Source of the DNA: Octopus sinensis
Lineage: Eukaryota
Assembly: GCF_006345805.1 (NCBI RefSeq)
Contig: NC_042999.1
Span: forward strand, 2,108,001-2,172,000
Reading direction: 5' to 3'
Length of the DNA stretch: 64,000 nt
Numbering within the stretch: the stretch's first letter is position 1; each line of letters starts with the position of its first letter. This document shows, piece after piece, positions 38,524 through 51,712 of this stretch. The notes under the pieces were generated by a model, which saw only the letters and a list, made by a program, of their open reading frames with translations, searched no databases and was not told the origin of the DNA. A program made the position numbers and the translations under genes.

Positions 38524-39403
38524 CGAGCTCTGATCAATAAATATCCGAATTGTTGCCATAGTAACGAAGCTAACACATGCAGAGTAAAGCTACTTGGTAC
38601 AGATTGGCCCCGGGCTCTGTTGTGCATGCACACTAATTTTTAACATTCTAGCTCACTTCTGTTGTTTATAGCAGTGCTTGGAAGGAAGGTGTGTAGCGTG
38701 TGATCATCACATTGACCATGACAGAGAAAGTTGTCATGACAATACCTGGTCAGAGGCCAATGCAAAGTTGCATAAAGTTTATAGAGAGGAGTGTATGAGC
38801 CACACGCAAGTTAATAAGTGGTTCAAATGTTTCCAAGACAGCCAAAAAATGTTGACATTGACAAACATTCTGGGAGACCCACAACCAGCAGAACTGAGAC
38901 AAACATTGTAGATATGTGTGCATCTGTGAGAGGAAATTGCTGAATCACCATTTGTGAGTTATAAGAGGATGTTTAGATTAGTTATGGTTCAGTTCAGTCC
39001 ATTATCACTGAAGATTTGAGTATGAGATGCTTGTCTGTCAAGTTTGTGCCAAAACTGCTTTCAGCTGACCAAAAAGACACTCAGGTTTCAGTTGCACAAG
39101 ATCTCCTCGATTGTGGTGAGAATGATGAAAATCTTTTGTATAGTTTGTGTAGGCCTCTGAGCTTTTGACAAAAATTGATGCAGATTCCCTGCTCAACTTC
39201 CTCTGTCGTGGTCAATGCAACAATCACACACTACACACATTCCTTCCAAGCACTGCTGTAAACAGCAGAATTGAGCTGGAACATTAAAACCTTGTCTGCA
39301 TGTACAACAGAGTTCATGGTCAATCTATACCAAGCAGTTTCACTCTGCATACTTTAGCTTTGTTACTATGGCAACAGTCCGGATCCTTATTGATCATACC
39401 GCA
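38524..39403 (+). mobile_element. Mariner-derived non-autonomous element with ~210-bp inverted arms
   Basis: TA-flanked ends (cgagctctgatcaataa / ttattgatcataccgca); arms 38524-38733 and 39194-39403. Interior encodes an HTH region KVYREECMSHTQVNKWFKCF..HSGRP..KFVPKLLS. Confidence 0.85.
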
Positions 39404-40064
39404 TAGATTAACTTAATCACAGACGACCCAGAGTTAAAACAACACTAACAACAACAACAACAACTTTTAAATTCTAAATCTCAACATTTTAGTAGACTCA
39501 TAACATTTCATATATTTTTCGTTTTTTGTTTCCAGTCATACTTTCATAGTTCATTAAAGTATTTACTAATTAAAACGGTTAGTTTGCAGATGTATAAAAT
39601 CTAGTTCACAACTTAATAGCTGGTTCTTATCTTTTTCAAAGATACTTGATTAAACATTCATTAGGCTATAAAACATATGAACATACAAATATGCATCGCA
39701 TAAGATTTTCTCTTCAAACTTCTCTGAATTCAATGAAGTCATATGCCACAAGGAACGTTTTTGGTTTTGCTAAATTATTTAACTTATTTTACCGACGCCA
39801 AGAGGATATTATTTTCCTTTGATGATTTTCTTGACGCTTGTTAGTGTAAAATTTTATAAGCATTCTTCATACACTTTTATGATGAGACATATCACACATA
39901 CAGACATATGTATGTGAAAGTTTCTAGTTCGAATCACACGTGTCTCGAGGTGCGCTAAAGATTTTTCTATTTTGGATATATTTGGGGTACTTAAGTCTGC
40001 TCGGGTCTTGGTGCTTGCTTTTTCCCATGGGACTGAGTAAGTATTTCATTTATATCTCGCATAT

Positions 40065-40125
40065 TTGCCGCTGAAGAGGGGAAAATTTCTTATGAATTAA
40101 CCCCGAAATTGGACCAATACGGTAA
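40065..40125 (+). ncRNA. Type I hammerhead ribozyme with canonical core
   Basis: Stem I TTGCCG/CGGTAA, CTGAAGA, stem II GGGG/CCCC, GAAA, stem III ATTG(GAC)CAAT, cleavage triplet AUA; predicted cut after 40119. Folded by eye. Confidence 0.8.
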
Positions 40126-40335
40126 TAACAAATTTTTAAAGATTTCTATCAGTTTGTTTCGAGACGCATAAATTTTAGTGGTTATCGACAATTTTTTTGT
40201 TTCGGCATATTTGGCATTAGAATTTTTCTTCTGCCCTTATCTTGTAAATTATGTATAAATTTTACCTTTAAAGGCATTTTTTGATATGCTGGCCATTGAT
40301 ATAATTTTTTTTCCCGAAGAAAATTTTATCCTATA

Positions 40336-40418
<83 letters not shown>

Positions 40419-40419
40419 G

Positions 40420-41140
40420 TATGGCACTCTGTCGGTTACAACGATGAGGGTTCCAGTTGATCCGATCAATGGAACAGCCTGCTTGGGAAATTAACATGGA
40501 AGTGGCTGAGTGCTCCACAGACATGTGTACCGTTAATGTAGCTCTCGGGGAGATTCAGCATGACACAGAGTGTGACAAGGCTGGCCCCTTTCAAATACAG
40601 GTACAGCAGAAACAGGAAGAGTGAGAGAAAGTTGTGATGAAAGAGTACAGCAGGGGTCACCACCAACCCCTGCCGGAGCCTCGTGGAGCTTTTGGTGATT
40701 TCACTCATTAAACACTCACAAAGCACGGTCTGGGAATCAAAACCGCAATCCTACAACTGCGAGTCTGCTGCTGTAACCATTGGGCCATTGCACCTCCACA
40801 TTTATGTGTGTGCATGTGTGTGTGTGTATGAAGGCGCATGGTTTAGTGGTTAGGGCATTCCACACACAATTGTAAGGTCATGAGATCAATTCCCAGCGAC
40901 ATGTTATGTTCTTGAGCAAGACACTTTATTTCACATTGCTCACTTGCTAAAAATGAGTAGTACCTATATTTCAAAGGGCCAGCCTTGTCCCACTCTGTGT
41001 CATGCTGAATCTCCCCGAGAACTATGTTAAGGGTACATGTGTCTGTGGAGTGTTCAACTACTTGTACGTTAATTTCACATGCAAGCTATTCTGTTCATCC
41101 TATCAGCTGGGACCCTCATCATTGTAACCGACAGAGTGCT
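40420..41140. mobile_element. Cluster of SINE-E (-, 40420-40610), SINE-D (-, 40600-40800) and SINE-E (+, 40830-41140)
   Basis: Family-diagnostic blocks ctgtggagtg..gggaccctcatcattgtaaccgacagagtgc and aaaagctccacgaggctccggcagg. Confidence 0.7.
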
Positions 41141-42049
41141 CAGACACACACACACATATATATATTGAAGGCATGTGGCCAAGTGGTTAGGGTACTGTAG
41201 TCATGACCTAGCAATTGTAGGTTCAATTTCTGAACTGTTGGTAAGAAGAAGGAGGAGGAGGGGGAGGAGGAGAAGAAGAATGTGGAATTAGTTATTCATT
41301 AAAAAAGAATACTTTGGCAGGGAAGGGACTCAGATCGAACCAGTATGCAACTGGTACTTAATTTATTGACTCCTAAAAAGATGAAAGGCAAAGTCAACTT
41401 CAAAGGAATTTGAACTCAAAATGTTAAGACAGATGAAATACTGCTAAGCATTTCGCCCGGCTTGCTAACGTTTTTGCCACCTTGCCTGCCTTATCAGAGC
41501 TGTTATTGACACTGAGGGCAGTTTTCTTAAATGGTTTCTTCCTTTAAACATGAACCTGTATCCTGTTTCTTCTAGGAGTATGCGGTCTGCTATTTGTTCT
41601 GAATAAACAGACCTATGATAAAACATGTTCCAGCCATGACCTTCTTGTTTCAGTCATGTGACTGTGGCCAAGCTGGGGCACCACCTTGAAGGATTTTTAG
41701 TTGAATGAATTGGCCCCGGTGCTTATTTGTTTTTTAAAGCCTGGTAATTATTCTATCAGTCTCTTTTGCCAAATTGCTAAGTCATGAGACATAAACACAT
41801 CAACACTGGTTGACAAGCAGTGGAATGGGAGGAAGAGGGCAAACACAGTCACAAACACACACACATGCATGTATGTATATATATATATCATCATCATCAT
41901 CGTTTAACATCCGCTTTCCATGCTAGCATGGGTTGGACGATTTGACTGAGGTCTGGAGAACCAGATGGCTGCACCAGACTCCAATCTGATCTGGCAGAAT
42001 TTCTACAACTGGATGCCCTTCCTAACACCAACCATATATATATACATAT

Positions 42050-42091
<42 letters not shown>

Positions 42092-42640
42092 ACAGGCTTC
42101 TTTAAGTTTCCATCTACCAAATCAACTCCCTTGGCTTTGGTCAGCCTGAGGCTATAGTATAAGACACTTGCTCAAGGTGCCACACAATAGAACTGAACCC
42201 AGATCTATGTGTTTGGAAAGCAAGCTTCCTACCACACAGTCCCACCTGCAGCTATTTTCGGAATCTTAGAAGCATTTTGAGTTGTACAGATGCTGTAAAA
42301 AGCTAAAAATCAGAAGAAAATGAGGAAAACTCTTTGTAATCACACAAATAATGTATACATAAGGCATCTGTCAAATTCCACTCTAGAAAATCTTCACAGT
42401 CTTAAGGACAGTTAAAGAACATGAGATCAAGTCTAAAACTTAAAATTCTAGAATGAGAAATGTCACATTATAGGTAAAGTGTGGTCAAATAAGTTTTGAA
42501 TCAAATAAACCAACACATGATGCTCCCTGATGGCCAGTTATTGTAAGGGAGATAATCATTTCTAGATCAATCTTGGTAAAATTAGAAGCTGGAATTTTAA
42601 ATTGAAGAACAAGGAAGATACATAGAATATATGTATATTG

Positions 42641-42865
42641 AGGCGGCAAGCTGGCAGGATCGTTAGCATGCCGAGCGAAATGCCTAGTGGCGTTTCATCT
42701 GCCACAATGTTCTGAGTTCAAATTCTGCCGAGGTCGACTTTGCCTTTCATCCTTTCGGGATCGATTAAATAAGTACCAGTTACGCACTGAGGTCGATATA
42801 ATCGACTTAATCCGTTTGTTTGTCCCCTCTATGTTTAGCCCCTTGTGAGCAATAAAGAAATAAGA
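42641..42865 (+). mobile_element. SINE-B
   Basis: Full consensus match. Confidence 0.85.
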
Positions 42866-43112
42866 ATATATGTATATTTAGGCAATAATTTTTTACTATA
42901 GTCTTGGGTCAACAAAAGCTTTGTGAGTGGATATGGTAGATGGAAACTGAAAGAAGCCCATTGTGTGTGTGTGTGAGAGAGAGCGTTTTTGCATCTGTGT
43001 TTGTCCCCCATCACTGCTTGACAAATGGTCTTAGTATGTTTATGCCCCCATAACAAAGTGGTTTCACAAAAGAGATTGCCAGAGTAAGTACCAGGCTTAA
43101 AGCAATTAAAAA

Positions 43113-43745
43113 CTGGGGTCAATTCCTTCAACAAAAATTAAAAACTGGGGTCAATTCCTTCAACAAAAATTAAAAACTGGGGTCAATTCCTTCAACAAAA
43201 ATTAAAAACTGGGGTCAATTCCTTCAACAAAAATTAAAAACTGGGGTCAATTCCTTCAACAAAAATTAAAAACTGGGGTCAATTCCTTCAACAAAAATAA
43301 AAACTGGGGTCAATTCCTTCAACAAAAATTAAAAACTGGGGTCAATTCCTTCAACAAAAATTAAAAACTGGGGTCAATTCCTTCAACAAAAATTAAAAAC
43401 TGGGGTCAATTCCTTCAACAAAAATTAAAAACTGGGGTCAATTCCTTCAACAAAAATTAAAAACTGGGGTCAATTCCTTCAACAAAAATTAAAAACTGGG
43501 GTCAATTCCTTCAACAAAAATTAAAAACTGGGGTCAATTCCTTCAACAAAAATTAAAAACTGGGGTCAATTCCTTCAACAAAAATTAAAAACTGGGGTCA
43601 ATTCCTTCAACAAAAATTAAAAACTGGGGTCAATTCCTTCAACAAAAATTAAAAACTGGGGTCAATTCCTTCAACAAAAATTAAAAACTGGGGTCAATTC
43701 CTTCAACAAAAATTAAAAACTGGGGTCAATTCCTTCAACAAAAAT
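43113..43745. repeat. 32-bp minisatellite, 20 copies, inside a SINE-A (42895-43800)
   Basis: CTGGGGTCAATTCCTTCAACAAAAATTAAAAA; all units identical except one 31-bp unit (43273-43303). Confidence 0.95.
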
Positions 43746-43864
43746 TTCTTCATGGTGGTGCACCAGCATGGCCACATTATAATGACTGAAACAAGTAAAT
43801 GAATTTAATTAATATTTTTTTTACTTTGCTTACTTATGGTAAAGATCTGGCAATTTCTATTCAT

Positions 43865-44036
43865 AGGCATAGGAGTGGCTGTGTGGTAAGTAGCTTGCTT
43901 ATGAACCACATGGTTCCAGGTTCAGTCCCACTGCGTGGCACCTTGGGCAAGTGTCATCTGCAATAGCCTTGGGCTGACCAAAGCCTTGTGAGTGGATTTG
44001 GTAGATGGAAACTGAAAGAAGCCTGTTGTATATATG

Positions 44037-44073
<37 letters not shown>

Positions 44074-44262
44074 CTGTGTTTGTCCCCAACTGATGCTCAT
44101 GTATTTACGTCCCTGTAACTTAGCAGTTCGACAAAAAGATAGAATAAGTTCTAGGCTTACAAAAGAATAAGTCCTGGGGTCGATTTGCCCGACTAAAGTC
44201 GGTGCTCCAGCATGGCCATGGTCAAATGACTGAAACAAGTAAAAGAGTAAAGAGTAAGAGAG
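43865..44262 (+). mobile_element. SINE-A, full length
   Basis: Head, body and tail intact. Confidence 0.9.
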
Positions 44263-45549
44263 TTTTTCATATATAGCACCATTTCATTCTTATAAGAAAT
44301 CACCTGCATGATGGGACTGGAAGAAAACAAATTAAACTAAATTAAACATTTTATAAAGCAAGGCCTTTCTAATAAATGGAAAATAATTACAGTTTGGAAG
44401 ACATTTATGGAATATCTAGGTTTTTTCTTTCTTTTCCTCTTTGTTCATTAATAGTTCATCAATTGAGAAGGGGAATGAGTTTCCTACAAACAGATTAATT
44501 GTTTTCAGGGAGTTCCATCTTGCGACACTGTTTTTATTGTAGTTACTCTTACAATTTTGACTAAGAATGAAATTCTCAAGCTGTTTTTGGTTTGTTTCAA
44601 TTTAATAGTTTCTGGTCTGAACTCCTCTAAATAATTAGTTAACTTAGCACTGTAGATCTACTGAAATAAAGTTGATTTCGGGTTTACTCACCGATATCCC
44701 AATAAAAGATCTTATATACATCAATAGCTATGTTTGCTAGATTATTTTCTCTAAATATTAAGACAACAATAGTTGTAAACAGTTTTCAAGAGCGCATTTC
44801 ACGATACTAAAACTTTGCCAAACTTTCGAAATATCAGTCACAAAAATCAGTTAATGGTGTAGTTTGGAAATAAAAGTCTGAGAACCATGTGAAAACATAA
44901 AACGACTGATTATGTGCTAAGACATTTACGAAGACAATTTCAACACCTCCAGCAAACCGACCAACCAGCCGGCTAAAAATGGCTGTACTTTACATAGGAA
45001 TTAGAAAAGCCGAAAGAAATCAAGGGGAATATAATTTTTATTAAACTTAATGCATGCAGAATTTATGAGTTGTTGTGTGCAAGTTGAAGCAACAAATGTC
45101 AACATTCCTACCAGTTTGCTAGGCAATGGAAATCCAAGAAGCCAAACTGTACATGATGTTCAGTCAACCATGAAACGATATATTCCTATGAAGACAGCTT
45201 AAAAGGAATAAATATTACCAGATCAAGCATCAAATAAGGTAACCACATAGCTACCTCTTTAAATGGCTAAAGGTATCAAAGACAAAAAAACAAAATCAAT
45301 TAAATTTGAAAAGATAAGAAAAAATGCAAATTTCCATACAAAACACCTGACAACAATACAAAAGTTTTCATTACTTGGAACAGAATCAAATTTTGACGAT
45401 AAAATCCGTCATAGTACTTATTGACTACAAAAATCTGACAACTATGGTATTATGTATCTAAGCAAATACACGACTCTGTCACTGCACTTCAACCGGCTGA
45501 CATATAAATGCTATTTTTATTTATACAACAAGACTAAGAGTAAGAGTCT

Positions 45550-46146
45550 TTTATACTCTAAGCAAAAAGCCCCAAATTTTGGTGGGTGAGAGGGGGGGGG
45601 GGCAATCGATTAGATCGACCCCAGTATGCAACTGGTACTTAATTTATCAACCCTGAAAAGATGAAAGGCAAAGACAACCACGGCGGAATTTGAACTCAGA
45701 ACGTAAAGACAGACAAAATACTGCTAAGCATTTCGCTCAGCATGCTAACAATTCTACCAGCTCACTACCTTAAAATAATCTGTTCTACTCTAAGCATAAG
45801 TCCCAAAATTTGGTGGGAGGGGACCAGTCGATTAGCTCAATCCCAGTACACAATTGGTACTTAATTTATTGACCCCAAAAGGATTAAAGGCGAAGTTAGT
45901 CTCAGCAGAATTTGAACTCAGAACGTAAAGACAGACAAAATACCACTAAGTCTTCTTTTCTACTCTAGGCAGAAAGCCCAAAATTTTTGTGGAGGGGGCC
46001 AGTTGATTAGATCGACCCCAGTACACAACTGGTACTTAATTTATCGAGCCCAAAAGGATGAAAGGCAAAGTTGATCTCAGCAGAATTTGAACTCAGAAAG
46101 TAAAGACAGACGAAATACTGCTAAGCATTTCGCCTGGCATGCTAAA
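45550..46146 (-). mobile_element. Three tandem SINE-B variant copies
   Basis: Each has ..tactctaagc..cccaaaattt..gattagatcgaccccagt..gaaaggcaaag..gaatttgaactcagaacgtaaagacagac. Confidence 0.8.
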
Positions 46147-47104
46147 ACTAAGAGTAAGAATGGTTTAAGACTGTACAAGCCATTATTTAAATAATATTAA
46201 TAAATTAAATTACCTAATTCCCAAAAGCTATTCTAGTCTTAAATATGTATGTACTGACATAACATGTACTTTTACAACAGTACATCCATATGGATGTACT
46301 GGGTTATAACACAAATTGATATAACCCAGTGCTTCACAAGGCTATATATATGCCTATATATAAATATGGATGTACTGATATTTGTGTATAATATGCACTT
46401 TTTCATGAAACAAAACCCTCAAAAGTGCCTGGTATTTGGGCAAAGTTTAAAGACCATTGTCAAATTTACTTTATAATGTTTTTTTATTTTTCATTTGTTT
46501 AGGTCATTTGACTGTGGCCATGCTGGAGTACTACCATTTAGTTGAAGAAATTGACCCCTGAACCTATTCTTTGTAGGTCTGATGCTTATTCTATCGGATT
46601 CTTCTGCTGGACAGCTAAATTACGGGGATGTAAACACACCAACATTGGTTGTTAAGCGATGGTAGGGAGGACAAACATAGTCACAGAGAAACACACGCAC
46701 ATAGTTTCTGTCTACCAAATCGATTCGCAAAGTTTTAGTCGGGCCAAGGCTATAGTAGAAGACACTTTCCAAGGTGCCAAGCAACAGGACTGAACCCAGA
46801 ACCATGTGGTTGGGAAGCAAGCTTCTTACCACACTGCCATGTGTTGATATGTTTTGTATAGCATTTATAAATGTTTGAAATGTTGACACAAGCCCAAGAA
46901 TTTTGAGGTCAGTCGATTACACAGACCCCGGTACTTGAGTGGGGCTTTACCTTATCACCCTGAAAGGATGAGAAGCAATGTTGTCCTCACTAGTATTTGA
47001 GCTTATAATGTAAAACGACAGAAATGCCACTTAGCATTGTGTTTGGCAACTCTAAGGATACTGCCAGCTCATCACATTATACAGCACTTATAATAAATCT
47101 GAGT

Positions 47105-47415
47105 TGAGGCGCAATGGCCCAGTGGTTAGGGCAGCAGACTTGAGGTCGGATGATCGCAGTTTCAATTCCCAGACCAGGTGTTGTGTGTGTTTATTGAGCA
47201 AAATCCCCTAAAAGCTCCACGGGGCTCCAGCAGGGGGTGATGGTGACCCCTGTTGTACTCTTTCGCCGCAACTTTCTCTCACTCTTTCTTCCTGTTTCTT
47301 GAGTAGCGCTGTGATGGACTGGCATCCCGTCCAGCTGGGGGGGGGCACATACGCCACAGAAACCGGGAAACCGGGCCCATAAGCCTAACTAGGCTTGAAA
47401 AGGGCGACGTTTATC
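47105..47415 (+). mobile_element. SINE-D, full length
   Basis: gaggcgcaatggcccagtggttagggcagc.. to ..aggcttgaaaagggcgacgt. Confidence 0.85.
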
Positions 47416-47902
47416 GTTATAATAAATCTGACTAAACATTCTTTTGTCATATATTGTATTTCAAAAGCAAACATCAATGCATATTATATGTGAGAAAATG
47501 TTCACTCCACTTTGTAGTAATAGTCAATATGCACAAAAAAAATCTGGTGTTCTGCAGTTTATTTCTTATGACAAATGATTGCATGCATGAATAGTTAATT
47601 TCTACATCATGTTAGTAAGTGAAATATGACTAAATGGTTGAGAAGTTTATTTTCTAAACACGAGATCCCACAAATGTAATTTTCTATAGCCTCACTCAAC
47701 TCATACATTATGACTGAACTTGAGTGTGTGGAAACTGTATTGAATCCCATTTGGCGGATTGTACTTGTAATTCAAAAGATGTAGCCTTGTGAAGCACTGG
47801 GTTACATTAAGGGTACACATGTCTGTGGAATACTCAACCATTTACATGTTCTTTCAGAAAGGGGGCACTTAGTTGATTGAGTGAATGAATTCTCATCATA
47901 TT

Positions 47903-48243
47903 AGGCATAGGTGTGGCTGAGTGGTAAGAAGTTTGCCACCCAATCAGGGTTCTGGGTTCAATTCCACTGCATGGTACACTGGGCAAGTGTCTTCTTTTAT
48001 AACCTCAGGCTGAGTGAATTTGGCAAATAGAAACTGAAAGAAGCCTTTTGTGTGTGTGTGTGTGTGTGTGTGCCCCAACACGACCACTTGACAACTGATG
48101 TTAGTGAATATATTTCCCTGCAACTTAGTGGTTTGGCAAAAGAGACTGATAGAATATGCACCATGTGTTCTTTATATCGATTAAAATTCTTCAAGGTGGT
48201 GCCCCCAGCATGGCTACAATCTAATGGCTGAAATGATAAAAGG
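47903..48243 (+). mobile_element. SINE-A, diverged
   Basis: Head and ..ccagcatggctacaatctaatggctgaaa tail. Confidence 0.75.
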
Positions 48244-49499
48244 TGAACGATATTATTTCAGGCATTATTTCACAATTTAATGAGCACAGTTTAATAATTG
48301 GGTTTCCATTAAAAACCTTTTGAACTTCGGAGAATACTGCATGTAGTAGTATGGCAAAGCCCCACAAGATCTTGTAATTCTCATTTTCACATTTCTGTTT
48401 TGTTATTACTGTTGTTGTTGTTGATATCATCATCATCATCGTCGTCGTTGTCGTCGTCGTTTAACGTCCGCTTTCCATGCTGGCATGGGTTGGACGGTTT
48501 GACTGAGAGCTGGTGAGCCAGAAGGCTGCACCAGGCTCCAATCTGATCTGGCAAAGTTTCAACATCATTGTTATTATTATTACAAAACTAATAAAAATAA
48601 AAAAATCAAAATGCTTCAAATAAGTAGATCCTAATCTAAAATTGGAATTAAAGTTATATTAACAAGCGAACAAAAACTTTGTTAATGACTTATCAAATTT
48701 CCTGAATGAAACTATCTGAAGAAAGATATATATTATCGCCAACGACATTTATTTCTTTTACCGTTTTTATCTTTTTCTTTTCTGTTTTTCCTTTCTTTGT
48801 TATCTCACAACTTTTAGTCTTAATAACAACAATGAATGTTTATTAGAGTATTTGTGTAAAGTTGATGAAAATTGTATGTTCTTAATAACCAGATGATTCA
48901 TATGGAAACCAAATGAGGTTTGACCTTTTGCACTTTTAAGATGTTTTGGACTTAAATTATAAAGTATAAAACAAAGAAAGAAAGAAAATGTAATTTAAGA
49001 AAAGTAAAACTAAAAACAAACATAAAACATAAAAAGCAAAATCACAGAATTTTTAAAGTTTGCACATAATACTATCTTGGGGAAACAAGATGGATTGTAC
49101 GTTAAGATTTCTTTTCATTATTGGCCAAAACTGATTAACTTTTATTGAAGAACATTTAATTGTGTGTGCAACAAAGACAAACAACAAAAATAAATATATA
49201 TATATATATATATATAAAATAGGAAATGTAAATATGATTGAATATTCTTTCAATTGTTATATATATATTTTTTTTTTACATTTTGTAATTTCCTTTATTT
49301 ATTATTTAGTTAGTGTTTGGGTAAACACTAGATGAAGTGCACCAGATAATGGTTGGGTATCTCTAAGTTAATATATCAGTTTATACCTAGGATATTGTGT
49401 TGCTTTTGTTTATTTATCCTTTTCATATATATGAAAAAACTTGCTGAAAAGTCGCTGGCCTTGGGTAAAACAAAATACACGAGGATCAGTTAATCGTGA

Positions 49500-49815
49500 T
49501 TTTATCCCCTGTGCCGGTGACACGTTAAAAGCACCATCCGAACGTGGCAGTTCCCAGCTCTGCCTGACTGGCGTCTGTGTCGGTGACACGTAAAATGCAC
49601 CAACCGATCATGGCCATTTGCCAGCCTCATCTGGCCCCTGTGCCGGTGACACGTAAAACGCACCCACTACACTCACGGAGTGGTAGGCATTAGGAAGGGC
49701 ATCCAGCTGTAGAAACACTGCCAGATCAAGATTGGAGCCTGGTGCAGCCTCCATGGTTTACCAGACCCTGCTAGCAGGGAAAACGGACATTAAACGATGA
49801 TGATGAGGATGATGA
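49500..49815 (+). mobile_element. SINE-C
   Basis: Three gccggtgacacgtaaaa..cacc modules, conserved 3' block and (GAT)n tail. Confidence 0.8.
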
Positions 49816-51384
49816 TTCCTCTCAGATTCACACACTTATTGCAGTGGTCCTTCAGTTTTTCTAAGCCCTGTAAAAGAACTCGGAAGGTTGGGCCTCCAAC
49901 CAGGCCTTTCACAATACCCTTCAAACCAGGAACTTATCAGTGCACCATCGTGTATATACAGGCTGTGTAGTAAGGAGTTAACTTTCCAATCACATTGTTC
50001 TGAGTTCAGTTCCACTGCATAGCAACTTGGACAAATGTCTTACATCAACCCCAGTACGCAACTGGTACTGAATTTATCAACCCTGAAAGAGTTTGAACTC
50101 AGAACATAAAGACAGATGAAACACTGCTACGCATTTCGCCTGGGTTCAGTCCCACTGTGTGGCACCTTGGGTAAGTGTCTTCTACTATAGCCTTGGGCCA
50201 ACCAAAATCTTGTAAATGGATTTGGTAGATGGAAACTGAAAGAAGCCCGTTGTGTATATATATGTGTGTGTGTTTGTGAGTCAGTGTTTGTCCCTCCACT
50301 ATCGCTGGTGTGTTTATGTCCCCAAAACTTAGTGGTTTGGTAAAAGAGACCGATATATTCTGCCGAGGTCATTAAATAAATACCTGATGAGCACTGGGGT
50401 CGATATAATCAATTAGCCTCTTCCCCCAAAATTTCAGGCCTTGCACAGATATTAGAAAGTCCTGGGGTCGATTTACTCAACTACAGGCGGTGCTCCAGCA
50501 TGGCCGCAGTCAAATGACTGAAACAAACAAAGGAATAGATTTAAGCAATAATCTATTGAAATTGATGGACCTGATATTTGAATTAAAAAAAAAAAACTTG
50601 CACACATTTACTTTTTATGTCATGAAAAACAATTTCACTTTTTTGCAAAAGAAAACAAAAAAACTACTTTTGTATCTGGAAAACTGCTAAAAGTAATTAG
50701 GTAAAGACCCTCACTCCCTTGTATCCCTGAAAACAAAGAAGCATTCATTTAAGGTCCAAGGATTTTCCATGATTTTCCAAGGCCCCTATGGTTGCTTTGT
50801 GTTCATAATCTCTAAGTTTTTGTCATAATGTATTTATCAAAGCCAAAGCTGTAGTCACACATGATCCCCTCCATTGTGAAGCTTTATCCAACCGAATAAC
50901 CAGCCTCTGACATTGAACTCAGAGCCTCCTTAACTAATCTTAATCTGCATGTGTAATGCATGCAATGCTACAACGGCAACATTAGCATAAGAAAGGCATC
51001 ACATCTCCCAGAAAGGAATCGGTTGAATTCATTTCGTTATTTGAAAGAACAGAGTCTAACGTTATTTGTTCCTGTAGCAGTTGTGAAATCACCTGGAATA
51101 TCATTCAAAACTTGAGGGAGCGATTCTGCATTTCGTGTTCACTATTAATATTTATAACGGTTTATTTGATCGGCATCAGCTGCTCTCTACCCCATTCACC
51201 CTTAAGAATCGTGGCTATCTTATTTCCTGCTCGAGATATAAATCTAACTTGTTGCTCATCATTTCTTCTGCTTCATCGATACCAAAATGAATCTGCCATT
51301 TTCATAAGATATTGTTATTGGTGATCGTATTTGTTTGCCCATCAAAGCAGATAAGCTAAGAATTCTTCCTCTGTGTGATATAGG

Positions 51385-51484
<100 letters not shown>

Positions 51485-51712
51485 AACAGACAGACAGAGT
51501 CTGAAAACTCAAAAGCATGTAATTCACATATACATTAATAGAAACTTTATTTGCCAATATGCTTTTGAATGTATTTTAACATTTTCAACCATTCCTTCAA
51601 CATCTCCTTTTGATTTGGATAATGTGGAGACATTTTCAAAGGTTTACATCAAATCTTATCAAGCCATGTCCACAAGTCATTATTGCAAATTTTACAATCA
51701 TTTTCAGACATT

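Noticed and set aside
47105-47180. tRNA-like sequences (also 38205, 40830, 51713, 54096 and SINE-A heads)
   Set aside because: A and B boxes are present, but there is no complete acceptor stem and each runs into a SINE body. These are SINE heads, not tRNA genes.
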